Positions 23,330 to 33,617 of a DNA stretch of 35,701 bases are shown one piece after another. The notes beneath the pieces were generated by a model. The model had not been told where the DNA came from. It was given only the letters and a program-made list of their open reading frames with translations, and did no database searches. The stretch covers positions 4,671,410 through 4,707,110 of the forward strand of contig NC_069001.1 of NCBI RefSeq assembly GCF_001194135.2. The letters run 5' to 3'. This stretch comes from Octopus bimaculoides (Eukaryota). Made by a program: the position numbers and the translations under genes. Position 1 is the stretch's first letter; each line of letters opens with the position of its first letter.

Positions 23330-23641
23330 GCCATACAGACCTCACCAGTGCTGGTGCCATATAACAAGCATCCAGTCCACTCTATAAAGTGGTTGTCGTT
23401 AGGAAGGGCATCCAGCCATGAAAACTATGCTAAAACAGACCTCACCGGTGGTGGTACCATGTAGCAATCACCAAGTCCACTCTGCAAAGTGGTTGGCATT
23501 TAAGGAAGGGCATCCAAACATAAAGATCATGTAAAAAGAGACAGTGGAGCTTGGTGCAGTCCTCCGGCTAGCCAACTCCTGTCAAATCATCCAACCCATG
23601 CCAACATGGAAGATGGACGTTAAATGATGATAATGATGATG
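23330..23641 (+). mobile_element. SINE family B with a 100-bp internal tandem duplication
   Basis: acagacctcacc...gtccactct..aaagtggttg...aggaagggcatcca at 23335 and 23435; terminus ggacgttaaatgatgat. Confidence 0.8.
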
Positions 23642-23729
23642 GACATAGGTTAGTCTAGTCAGGGATTACTTGGAGGTTAAACAACAACAACGACAATAAC
23701 AGCACCATGAATAAAAAAGCAAAACTTAC

Positions 23730-25503
23730 CAGCCACAGGTGGCCCCAACAGGTTTGCAATTCCTTGGTATAGAAGCATCAAACCATAAGCAGTGGTGAGG
23801 TTATCCAGTCCCAGGTATTCTACTAGCAGGATGGTACATAAAGAATTGTTGGCACTTGAAAAGAATCCAAATAATGCTGACACCGCACTCAAAGATCCGT
23901 AAGTCAGACACAGCGGCATGAAAATGATAGACACACCCGACAACATAGTAGAGACGGCATAGAGAAACGTCAATTGAGATTGGACTCTGTCGCCAGCAAA
24001 TCCAAAAACGACTTGTCCAACAGTACTGACCAGTCCAAAGACAGAAATTAAATATGTAGCTTTCTGTTGCGGAATTCCTTTCTTCACACTTTGATCGACG
24101 ATATATATGTATGGAATATCACTCCAGAAGAAAAATATAAAGTTTGATATGACAAATAAAATAAAGACGGGATGAGTGAGAATCGAACGATTAACCATCG
24201 TTCTTAGCAATTTCTTCATATGTTTACTGATATTTTGAGATTTGAGTATTTCACACCAGTCCAGGAAGTCACTGGTGTTGTCTTGGTCATTAACCGTTCC
24301 GACTAAATGTGAAATTTCTGGACAACTACTCGACTTCTGTTCGAGGGAAAGTTTGAGCAGGTTCCCTCGGTAAAAGATATCCTTCCGGTGAACAATATTC
24401 TGCTGGCTGCATGCTGAAGGCTTCTGTTTGGTAGCGGATGTCTTCTGCTGCCAGACATCTTTGTTTTTCTCCGGGAGAACATCCGACATGTAATACGGTC
24501 CGTTGACGATTTTATTTGTAGAAAAAGAATCGGGAAATGATGTTGTTTGCTTGACATTCGGTTCTCCGAGCACAACGCGAACATCACCGCCATGGTTTGT
24601 GCTGTTGCGCAGCTTATGAAAGACTTCGTGTGAAAGACTGGCTCTTTTCAGCTGTATATACGTAGGTAATTGAACAACTGAGTTTGACACGGTTAAATTT
24701 GCCATATCGGAATCATATGTTAATTGAGCATCATAACTTCGGGATGAAAATCCCTCATCTAAAGTGGAATTCAACAGGGTATTTCGTTTTGAGATCTTTG
24801 ATAAGTTATCCATTGCTGTTTTATCGTGGTTTTTCTTGCTGTTATATTTTAGCGGCCTCAGTAAGGCGCCACACACTATCACATTGGAGACGATGCCACC
24901 AAGAACCAACATGGTGCCCCTCCAGCCATACAAATCAATCAAGTATTCGAGCAAGGGGGCAAAAACGGAGGTACCGATTCCCGATCCGCAAACCGAGAGC
25001 CCCGTTGCAAGAGCCCGTTTCTTCTCAAAGTAAAACGACACACTGACGATTGAGGTGACGTAACTGATGGACATACCAAAACCAGCGAGAAAGCCAAACG
25101 TAAAGCACAACATTTCAATCGAATTTACAAATGCACTGATGATTATTCCCGTTGTAGAAACGATCCCACCAAAAATAGTCATCTTCCGACATCCGAATTT
25201 CGTGGTGAGGGCACCAGCCAGGGGTCCACAGATGAGCGAAACCCCGACAAACACAGACCCTACCCATGATGTTTTACTTTTGCTCTGACCAAACGTCTGC
25301 AGGAGTTCTGTGAAAAATACCCCAAAGGAATAAGCGCAGCCGTCGGCGATAACATTCAGCAGAAAAGACGAGAACAGGACCATCCATCCCCAGCCGCCAT
25401 CTGGCGACTGCGCATAGATGCTGTTCTCGGAATCGGTGGAATCACAGAAGCTACTTCTTAAAGGTTCGTTATTACCATCTTTTGGTTCGTCACTGTCCGA
25501 CAT
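23730..25503 (-). CDS. SLC16/monocarboxylate-transporter-family MFS protein, first coding exon (codons 1-591 plus 1 nt; TM1-TM11 and large central loop)
   Basis: Long non-repetitive ORF with SLC16 hallmarks: PDGGWGW before TM1, KFGCRK, YFEKKRALATG, YGWRG, LLRP after TM6, GPP in TM11. ATG at 25503 has A at -3 and in-frame stops just upstream. Donor G|GTAAG at 23730/23729; the ORF-track tail KFCFF... is intron read-through. Orthologue not assignable without a tree. Confidence 0.95.
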
Positions 25504-25634
25504 AATAAGGAATTAGAACTAAAGAATTCTGCTAAATATATAGTAAAAATTGAAGACAAACATAACTTTGTCATAGGTCTGTGTAGGTGTAAAATGCTGT
25601 CAATTCTGTCGATGGGTTTTTTACTGTTAGCCAT
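25458..25634 (-). other. Out-of-frame upstream ORF (58 aa) overlapping the transporter start; a second 14-aa uORF at 25563-25519
   Basis: ATG at 25634 (131 nt upstream, different frame) stays open to 25458. ATG at 25563 is in the main frame but ends at TAG 15 nt before the main ATG. Confidence 0.55.
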
Positions 25635-25661
25635 ACGAATCCAACACAGCAAAGGAAACCT
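25504..25661 (-). other. 5'UTR part of the large exon and its splice acceptor (exon starts at 25659)
   Basis: Minus strand reads ttttttcccttctcgtttcAG|GTTTCC with AG at 25661-25660, which implies at least one upstream non-coding exon. Confidence 0.7.
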
Positions 25662-25754
25662 GAAACGAGAAGGGAAAAAAATAATTAATTAGAAATTAAA
25701 ATAAAATAAAATAAAATCAATCAAAAATGAAAAATTTAGAATAAAAAGAAATCT

Positions 25755-25829
25755 GGTGCAGGTATCGCTGGGTGGTAAGAAGCTTGCTTTCCAACTATGT
25801 GGTTCTGGGTTCAATCCCACTTCATGACA
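25755..25829 (+). mobile_element. SINE family A, head only
   Basis: gtggtaagaagcttgct...ggttctgggttcaatcccac. Confidence 0.75.
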
Positions 25830-26157
25830 CCAGTGTTCGACTGTTTTTGGTGCAGCCCCCCCCCCCCAAAAAAAAGACCCTGGTTTGGGATCTGACTTGG
25901 ATATTAAAAAAAAAATGCTGAGAACCACAGACCTAGGGTCTGTCAAGTAAACTCCCACAGAAATAAGACTGCAGTAATTACGAAGGGCATGTGCCCTCCC
26001 CCACTCTCTCACTCACTCTCTTGGCTGTGTTTTCTGGCCTACAAGGGTTATGCTGAGAGAAGGCCCCTTCATTCACACATCATCCAGAAAATTCCACTGG
26101 TGGAGTGGGGTGAGGTAGGAGCATTTCTGGAATCATCGCTCACTCCGGATATGAGCC

Positions 26158-26525
26158 ACTACCACCATCAGGATACTTTGAGAGGTGGTGGAGCTATACT
26201 CAACACTGCTACCACTCAGGACAGAGTAAGGACTGGTGGAGCTATACTTAACACTACCATCACCAGCGCCAGCACTACCACCACCACCATCACTCAGGAA
26301 AGAGGGAAGGTGGTGGAGCTATACTCAATGCCACCACCACTCAGGATAGATGGAGGACTGGTACCACTTTTCAGGATAGATGGAGGACTGATGGAGTTAT
26401 ACTCAACACCATCACCACCACCACCACCACTCAGGATAGCATGAAGGGGATGTAGCTGTACTCAACACGAACACCATCATCATCACCACTGAAGATACAG
26501 TGAGAGTTGATGGAGCTATGTACAA
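26158..26525. repeat. Irregular tandem repeat: conserved GGAGCTATACTCAAC and CTCAGGATAG blocks separated by variable (CAC)n
   Basis: Cores at ~26191, 26239, 26316, 26394, 26453 and 26513. Confidence 0.75.
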
Positions 26526-26681
26526 TTAAACAAAACCTGAACACACTAACACACATACAAACATGTACACACACACACACACACCTAGCAGTAATGTAGG
26601 ATAATGTCTAACCTAATTCTTTCACAGTTTATTTACTCTCTCTCATACATACATGTGTGTGTATATATGCATACATACATC

Positions 26682-26733
<52 letters not shown>

Positions 26734-27711
26734 TATATATATATACATATATATATATATACATATACATATATACATATACATATATATGCATATATAT
26801 CTATCTATCTATCTATCTATATCTATATATATATATATATATATANNNNNNNNNNNNNNNNNNNNNNNNNNNNNNNNNNNNNNNNNNNNNNNNNNNNNNN
26901 NNNNNNNNNNNNNNNNNNNNNNNNNNNNNNNNNNNNNNNNNNNNNNNNNNNNNNNNNNNNNNNNNNNNNNNNNNNNNNNNNNNNNNNNNNNNNNNNNNNN
27001 NNNNNNNNNNNNNNNNNNNNNNNNNNNNNNNNNNNNNNNNNNNNNNNNNNNNNNNNNNNNNNNNNNNNNNNNNNNNNNNNNNNNNNNNNNNNNNNNNNNN
27101 NNNNNNNNNNNNNNNNNNNNNNNNNNNNNNNNNNNNNNNNNNNNNNNNNNNNNNNNNNNNNNNNNNNNNNNNNNNNNNNNNNNNNNNNNNNNNNNNNNNN
27201 NNNNNNNNNNNNNNNNNNNNNNNNNNNNNNNNNNNNNNNNNNNNNNNNNNNNNNNNNNNNNNNNNNNNNNNNNNNNNNNNNNNNNNNNNNNNNNNNNNNN
27301 NNNNNNNNNNNNNNNNNNNNNNNNNNNNNNNNNNNNNNNNNNNNNNNNNNNNNNNNNNNNNNNNNNNNNNNNNNNNNNNNNNNNNNNNNNNNNNNNNNNN
27401 NNNNNNNNNNNNNNNNNNNNNNNNNNNNNNNNNNNNNNNNNNNNNNNNNNNNNNNNNNNNNNNNNNNNNNNNNNNNNNNNNNNNNNNNNNNNNNNNNNNN
27501 NNNNNNNNNNNNNNNNNNNNNNNNNNNNNNNNNNNNNNNNNNNNNNNNNNNNNNNNNNNNNNNNGATGGTGGTGATGGTAGTGGTGATGGTGGTGATGGT
27601 GTTAGAGTCTGTCTTTTCTGCTTCTATGTGCCTGTTTGTGGCTGTGTGTGTGTGTGTGAGATTGTGTGTGTATGTGTGTGTGCGTGGGTGTGTGTGTGTC
27701 TGAGAGTCAGA

Positions 27712-27918
27712 ACCAAGCCAAAATAGACAATGGAACCTAGTGGCAGCCCCTGACCTTGCCAGTTCTTGTGAATCCATTCAACCCATGCCAGCATGGAAAA
27801 TAGACTTTAAATGTTAATGATGATGATGACGATGATGACGACGACGACGATGATGATGGTGATGATGATGACGACGACGATGACGATGATGACGATGACG
27901 ATGATGATGATGATGATG
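27712..27918 (+). mobile_element. SINE family B 3' part with an expanded (GAT/GAC)n tail
   Basis: ttcaacccatgccagcatggaaa...ttaatgatgatgatgacg. Confidence 0.75.
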
Positions 27919-28684
27919 AAGTGAACATCATAAAGGAGAATGGAGAACTATATGCATCTTCGAAATTATTCCCTGCAGTATCATTCTCATTAAATTCCAA
28001 TCCGACACGTGTTTCTGCAGGATATGTCCTCCCAATGTTGTTTGATGTAGCCTTTATATGCATTTAGTTGATTCAGTTGCAGTGCATATTCATCCGAAGC
28101 AGACATTCCTACGCAGATTATTTTTTCATTGGTTAATTGATTCCTCTGTCATGACGTTTTTCCAAGAATTCCGATAGTGATTCTCATCTGATCTTTCACT
28201 TCAGACACACCAGCATTAAATACATCCCCCCACCCCCATCACCACCCACCCAGCCGGTATATAATTCTTTGAATTGTAAGCACAGGCAAGTGCCACTAAC
28301 AGACATTATCAAGATAAGAATCAGTTATTGACATTTATANNNNNNNNNNNNNNNNNNNNNNNNNNNNNNNNNNNNNNNNNNNNNNNNNNNNNNNNNNNNN
28401 NNNNNNNNNNNNNNNNNNNNNNNNNNNNNNNNNNNNNNNNNNNNNNNNNNNNNNNNNNNNNNNNNNNNNNNNNNNNNNNNNNNNNNNNNNNNNNNNNNNN
28501 NNNNNNNNNNNNNNNNNNNNNNNNNNNNNNNNNNNNNNNNNNNNNNNNNNNNNNNNNNNNNNNNNNNNNNNNNNNNNNNNNNNNNNNNNNNNNNNNNNNN
28601 NNNNNNNNNNNNNNNNNNNNNNNNNNNNNNNNNNNNNNNNNNNNNNNNNNNNNNNNNNNNNNNNNNNNNNNNNNNNNNNNNNNN

Positions 28685-28877
28685 GGGGGGGTGGGGCTGA
28701 AAAGTTCCTGGCTTTGAGTGAAAGAAAATACCAGAGAATTTGTGAATCATGATTCTTTCCAACATATTCCCCTCTCGGATTCACACACTTATTTGCAGCA
28801 TTCCTTTAGTTTTTCTAAGCTTCTAACCAGGTCTTTCATGATACCTTTAAAACCAGGAACTTTGCAGCCCCCTACTA
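28685..28877. mobile_element. Mariner-derived MITE, copy 1
   Basis: TIRs ggggctgaaaagttcctggcttt / aaaaccaggaactttgcagcccc. Confidence 0.8.
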
Positions 28878-28900
28878 CATACACACACACACACACACAC

Positions 28901-29121
28901 ACGAGGGGGTATTGGAAAGTTCCTGGCTTTGGATAAAAGAAAATACAGGAGGATCAGTTAGTTATGATTTTATCCAACATATTCCCCTTCTCTGATCCAC
29001 ACCCTTTTTGCAGCTGCCCTTCAGTTTTTCTAAGCCCTGTAAAAGAAATCAGAAGGTTGGGTCTCCAACTAGGCTTTACATGATCCCCTTAAAACCAGGA
29101 ACTTTTCACCACTTCCTCATA
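28901..29121. mobile_element. Mariner-derived MITE, copy 2 (same family, longer interior)
   Basis: TIRs acgagggggt...aaagttcctggcttt / aaaaccaggaacttttcaccacttcctcata; interior shares ccaacatattcccc and agtttttctaagc with copy 1. Confidence 0.8.
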
Positions 29122-29339
29122 TATATACTTCAGAAAAAAGTATTCGGCAAATACAAAACATAATCCTGGCATTCCATTAGTTATGATGACGAAGGTTCCA
29201 ACTGATCCAATCAATGGAGCAGTTTGCGCGTGAAATACAGCACACTGCACACCAAACTACTCCACACTGCACTTCAAATAACACAACACTTCATGCAAAA
29301 TTAAACTGCACTCCAAAATACGCCATGCAGCACTCAAAT

Positions 29340-30230
29340 CTATCTCATACTACACTCTGAAATGCACCACACTGCACTCTAGAATGTGCCACGCTGCACT
29401 GTGCTCCAAAATGTAACATACTGCACTCCAAAATGTGCTGCACTGTGCTTCAAAATGTAACACACTGCACTGCAGAATGTGCCACAATGCAATGCACTCC
29501 AAAATGTAACACACTGCACTGCAGAATGTGCCACAATGCAATGCACTCCAAAATGTAACACACTGCATGCCAAAATGTACCGTGCTGCACTCCAAAATGT
29601 AACACACTGCACTGCAGAATGTGCCACAATGCAATGCACTCCAAAATGTAACACACTGCACTGNNNNNNNNNNNNNNNNNNNNNNNNNNNNNNNNNNNNN
29701 NNNNNNNNNNNNNNNNNNNNNNNNNNNNNNNNNNNNNNNNNNNNNNNNNNNNNNNNNNNNNNNNNNNNNNNNNNNNNNNNNNNNNNNNNNNNNNNNNNNN
29801 NNNNNNNNNNNNNNNNNNNNNNNNNNNNNNNNNNNNNNNNNNNNNNNNNNNNNNNNNNNNNNNNNNNNNNNNNNNNNNNNNNNNNNNNNNNNNNNNNNNN
29901 NNNNNNNNNNNNNNNTCAAAATGTAACACACTGCACTGCAGAATGTGCCACAATGCAATGCACTCCAAAATGTAACACACTGCACTGCAGAATGTGCCAC
30001 AATGCAATGCACTCCAAAATGTAACACACTGCACGCCAAAATGTACCGTGCTGCACTCCAAAATGTAACACAGTGCACTCCAAAATGTACCGTGCTGCAC
30101 TCCAAAATGTAACACACTGCACTGAAGAATGTGCCATGATGCAATGCACTCCAAAATGTACTGTGCAGCACTCAAAAATGTAACACACTGCACTCCAATA
30201 TGCACCATGCTGCACTCCCAAACTGCATCA
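29340..30230. repeat. Minisatellite of 22-bp and 27-bp monomers forming a 49-bp higher-order unit (central gap)
   Basis: ctccaaaatgtaacacactgca (22) + ctgcagaatgtgccacaatgcaatgca (27), with variant ctccaaaatgtaccgtgctgca (22). Confidence 0.9.
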
Positions 30231-30467
30231 TTCTACCACACAATCACACAATTCTGCGTCATAACCATGCAACATTCCTACATGGTACCATGCCAAACCA
30301 AACCCTCATAAGAGCTCCTTACACCACCACCACCACCACCACCACGAGCCCATAAAACAATTGTGTCAGTATGTTAGTGGTGACATGTTGGGTGGAAGGG
30401 AGGGGAGGAGGAGGAGGAGAAAGAGAAGCCAAAAATGTCCTGTGGCTGAGCTTGTGGATTGCAGGTA

Positions 30468-30499
<32 letters not shown>

Positions 30500-30699
30500 T
30501 GTGTGTGTGTGTGCGTGTGTGTGCTGGGCAAGAACGACTGAATATTATTTACATTACGCGCCGCGTAGCATATGTGTTTACAAGAAGCTGTCTACGTGTG
30601 TTATATGTTGTGTGTGTGTGTGTGTGTCTGAATGTTTGCATGTGTAAGCATGACTTTGTGTCTGGGTATATATAAGAATATATAAATACATATATACAG

Positions 30700-30735
<36 letters not shown>

Positions 30736-30988
30736 GCATGTATGTATATATATATATGTATATAAGTGTATATGTCAACACACACACACACACATATATA
30801 TATATACATATATATATATGTAGATATACATATATATATATATGTGTGTTTATGTATGTATGTATATGAATATAGGTTAGCTTGATGTTCATGACAAGAA
30901 TAACTCCAAGTCTGAGAGGTACACACACATACACATGTGTGTGTGTGTGTGGTACAGAGAGAGAGAAAGAGAGAGAGAGAGAGAAAGT

Positions 30989-31022
<34 letters not shown>

Positions 31023-31051
31023 TAGAAAGAGAAATAGAGAGAGAGAAAGAG

Positions 31052-31084
<33 letters not shown>

Positions 31085-31392
31085 AGCAAAGATGATCTCC
31101 AGCAGGTGTAGGATTTTTTAGGCATAATATGATGCCTCAGTATATATGTGTGTGTGTATGTGTGACTCTGACTGTCTGTGTTAGAGCATATACAGAAACA
31201 CACACACACACACACACACACATACATGTATATTCATACGTATATAATATAGTTCTACTTAACTGTAATGTATCTGCGAATCATAAGAAAATATTCTGTC
31301 TTGTCTTTATTGGCAGAATGGAATAGTCCCATTCCTGAAAGTTACATTGCATATTCTGAAGAATATAGGTCTAGCCCTCTTAATAATAATCC

Positions 31393-31588
31393 TTTCTATT
31401 ATAGGCACAAAACCTGAAATTTTGTGGGGAGAAGGGGGCAAGTTGAATACATTGACCCCGTCGTTCAATCTCGAATAGATCAAAAGTAGAGCCGACCTTG
31501 GCAGGATTTGAGCTCAGAATGTAAAGATAACCAAAATGTCACTAAGCATTTCGTCTGCCATGCTAACAATTCTGCCATCTTGCTGCTT
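31393..31588 (-). mobile_element. SINE family C, decayed
   Basis: taggcacaaaacctgaaattt...gaccttggcaggatttgagctcagaatg...aattctgcca. Confidence 0.75.
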
Positions 31589-31622
31589 TAATAATCATGA
31601 ATTGTTAGCATACTGCCTTGAC

Positions 31623-31683
<61 letters not shown>

Positions 31684-31706
31684 TTAATAATAATAATAAT
31701 AATAAT

Positions 31707-32093
31707 AGTTGGTGACAATCACGCTCAAATGGTGCTATTTCTGTGCCGGGGGCACGTAAATAGCACCATTTGAGCATGATCGCTACTGACGTCGCCTTCC
31801 TGGCACTTGTGCCAGTACCGCTGGACTGGCTCCTGTGCAGGTGGCACATAAAATACACCATTTCGAGCGTGGCTGTTGCCAGTACCTCCTGACTGGCCTT
31901 CGTGACAGTGGCACATAAAAGCACCCACTACACTCTCGGAGTGGTTGGCGTTAGGAAGGGCATCCAGCTGTAGAAACTCTGCCAAATCAAATTAGAGCCT
32001 GGTGTAGCCATCCAGTTCACCAGTCCTCAGTCAAATCGTTCAACCCATGGTAGCATGGAAAGCGGACGTTAAACGATGATGATGATGATGATG
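31707..32093 (+). mobile_element. SINE family B, longest copy, (GAT)n tail
   Basis: Repeated gtggcac.taaa..cacc modules, gttggcgttaggaagggcatccagctgtagaaac, terminus gcggacgttaaacgatgatgat. Confidence 0.85.
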
Positions 32094-32107
32094 AATAATA
32101 ACAATCG

Positions 32108-32318
32108 TTTCTATTAGAAGCACAAGGCCTGAAATTTCTGGAGAGGAGACAAGTCGATTACATCAAACCCAGTCATTCGCTGGTCCTTTATTTATCGATT
32201 CTGACAGGATGAAAGGCAAAGTCGACCTCGGTGGAATTTGAACTCAATATGTAAGGACGGGCAAAATACCGCTAAGCATTTTGTCCGGCGTGCTAATGAC
32301 TCTGCCAGCTCGCTGCCT
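32108..32318 (-). mobile_element. SINE family C, best-preserved copy
   Basis: ggatgaaaggcaaagtcgacctcggtggaatttgaactc (antisense central domain and B-box); followed by (AAT)n to ~32480. Confidence 0.85.
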
Positions 32319-32791
32319 TAATAACAATAATAATGATAATAATAATAATGATAATAATAATAATAATAATAATAATAATATTAATAATAATAATGATAAT
32401 AATAATAATAATAATGATAATAATAATAATGATAATAACAATAATAATGATAATAATAATAATGATAATAATAATAATAATAAGACGTAGGTCTTAAAAG
32501 AAAGATATTCATGACGGACTGCCATGGCAAGTTAACAAATGCAAAAAAAGAATTTAAGAAGAAAAATAAACAGAATTTGTTTTCTTAACTCAATTTTTTC
32601 TTTCTTTTTTTTTTTTTTACTTTTCATTTTTTTCGTTTGGGATGTAATTGGGTTGCTACTGACCTTGTAAAATATTGGGTTTATGGTAAGTATGAACACC
32701 CCAGTTGGTTAGTTAAATAACACACAGCACCAATCCAAATAAATATCTGTCATGGGCCCTAGGGGGAGATGAAATGTGACATGCAAGTTAA

Positions 32792-32965
32792 TCATCATCA
32801 TCATCATCGTCATCATCGTCATCATCATCATCACAAACAACATCACCATCACGATCAATATGACCACCACCACTATCATCATCATCATCATCATCAATAC
32901 ATTCATCATCATCATTATCCTCCTCCTTCTCCTCACTGTTATCATCGTCATTGTGTTGTCATCAT

Positions 32966-33000
<35 letters not shown>

Positions 33001-33130
33001 TTGCCAGCATCACTGTCATCGCCACCACTAATCATCATCATCATGTTCGTCACCAACATCACTACATTCACATGACCATCATCATCGTCATAACCATTTC
33101 CACTATCACCACCACCACCACCACCATTTA
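32792..33130. repeat. (CAT/CAC)n compound microsatellite
   Basis: Direct reading; source of the poly-His ORF. Confidence 0.9.
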
Positions 33131-33617
33131 GACTACCACTAACCACTATCACCAACACCAACACCAACGTGAACCCCACAATGACCTCCCCACTACCACG
33201 AACATGACGACAACCACCACCATCATAACCATTCCCCTTACATTATGTCTGCAAGAAACTGATATATGTTTGTAGAGAAGGTTGTTATTACATCATGATG
33301 GCTGATAACATAATGAGAGGAGAAAACAACAAAAAGAAAATGGAAAAACAAAAACAAAAAAAAAAGAGGGATGCCAGTTGTTAGTAGTACACGGACCCCT
33401 AGGAGCAGTAGTAGTGGTGGTGGTGGTGGTGGTGGCGGCGTTGGCAGATCCAGGGCAGGGTGGTGAATTTAGGGCAGAAAGAGGGGAACAAAAAAAAAAA
33501 GCTGTCACATCAGATTCTAGGACATTGACTTCTGTGTAGGGAAGAGGCAGTTGCTGGTAATATGAAGAATTAGACCCCCAAAATAATGTATATATCATTT
33601 TCATTTTCATTTTTTTT

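Noticed and set aside
24303-25288. Alternative-frame and antisense ORFs overlapping the transporter exon
   Set aside because: Shadow ORFs of a real CDS with no recognisable motifs.
25989-26444. 151-aa ORF with repeats, and a CRISPR-like reading of the same array
   Set aside because: The ORF follows the tandem repeat; spacers are CAC runs, the context is eukaryotic and there are no cas genes.
27920-28330. Unique sequence considered as an extra 5'UTR exon
   Set aside because: No clear acceptor/donor pair on the minus strand; needs transcript data.
29350-30311. Cys/His-rich repetitive ORFs that look metal-binding
   Set aside because: Translations of the 22/49-bp minisatellite; unit lengths are not multiples of three and several frames on both strands are open.
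32709-33179. Poly-His, poly-Met and poly-Ile ORFs (also poly-V/T at 18689-19218 and 19674-20069, poly-N at 32281)
   Set aside because: Trinucleotide microsatellites are open in several frames by construction; no splice or domain support.
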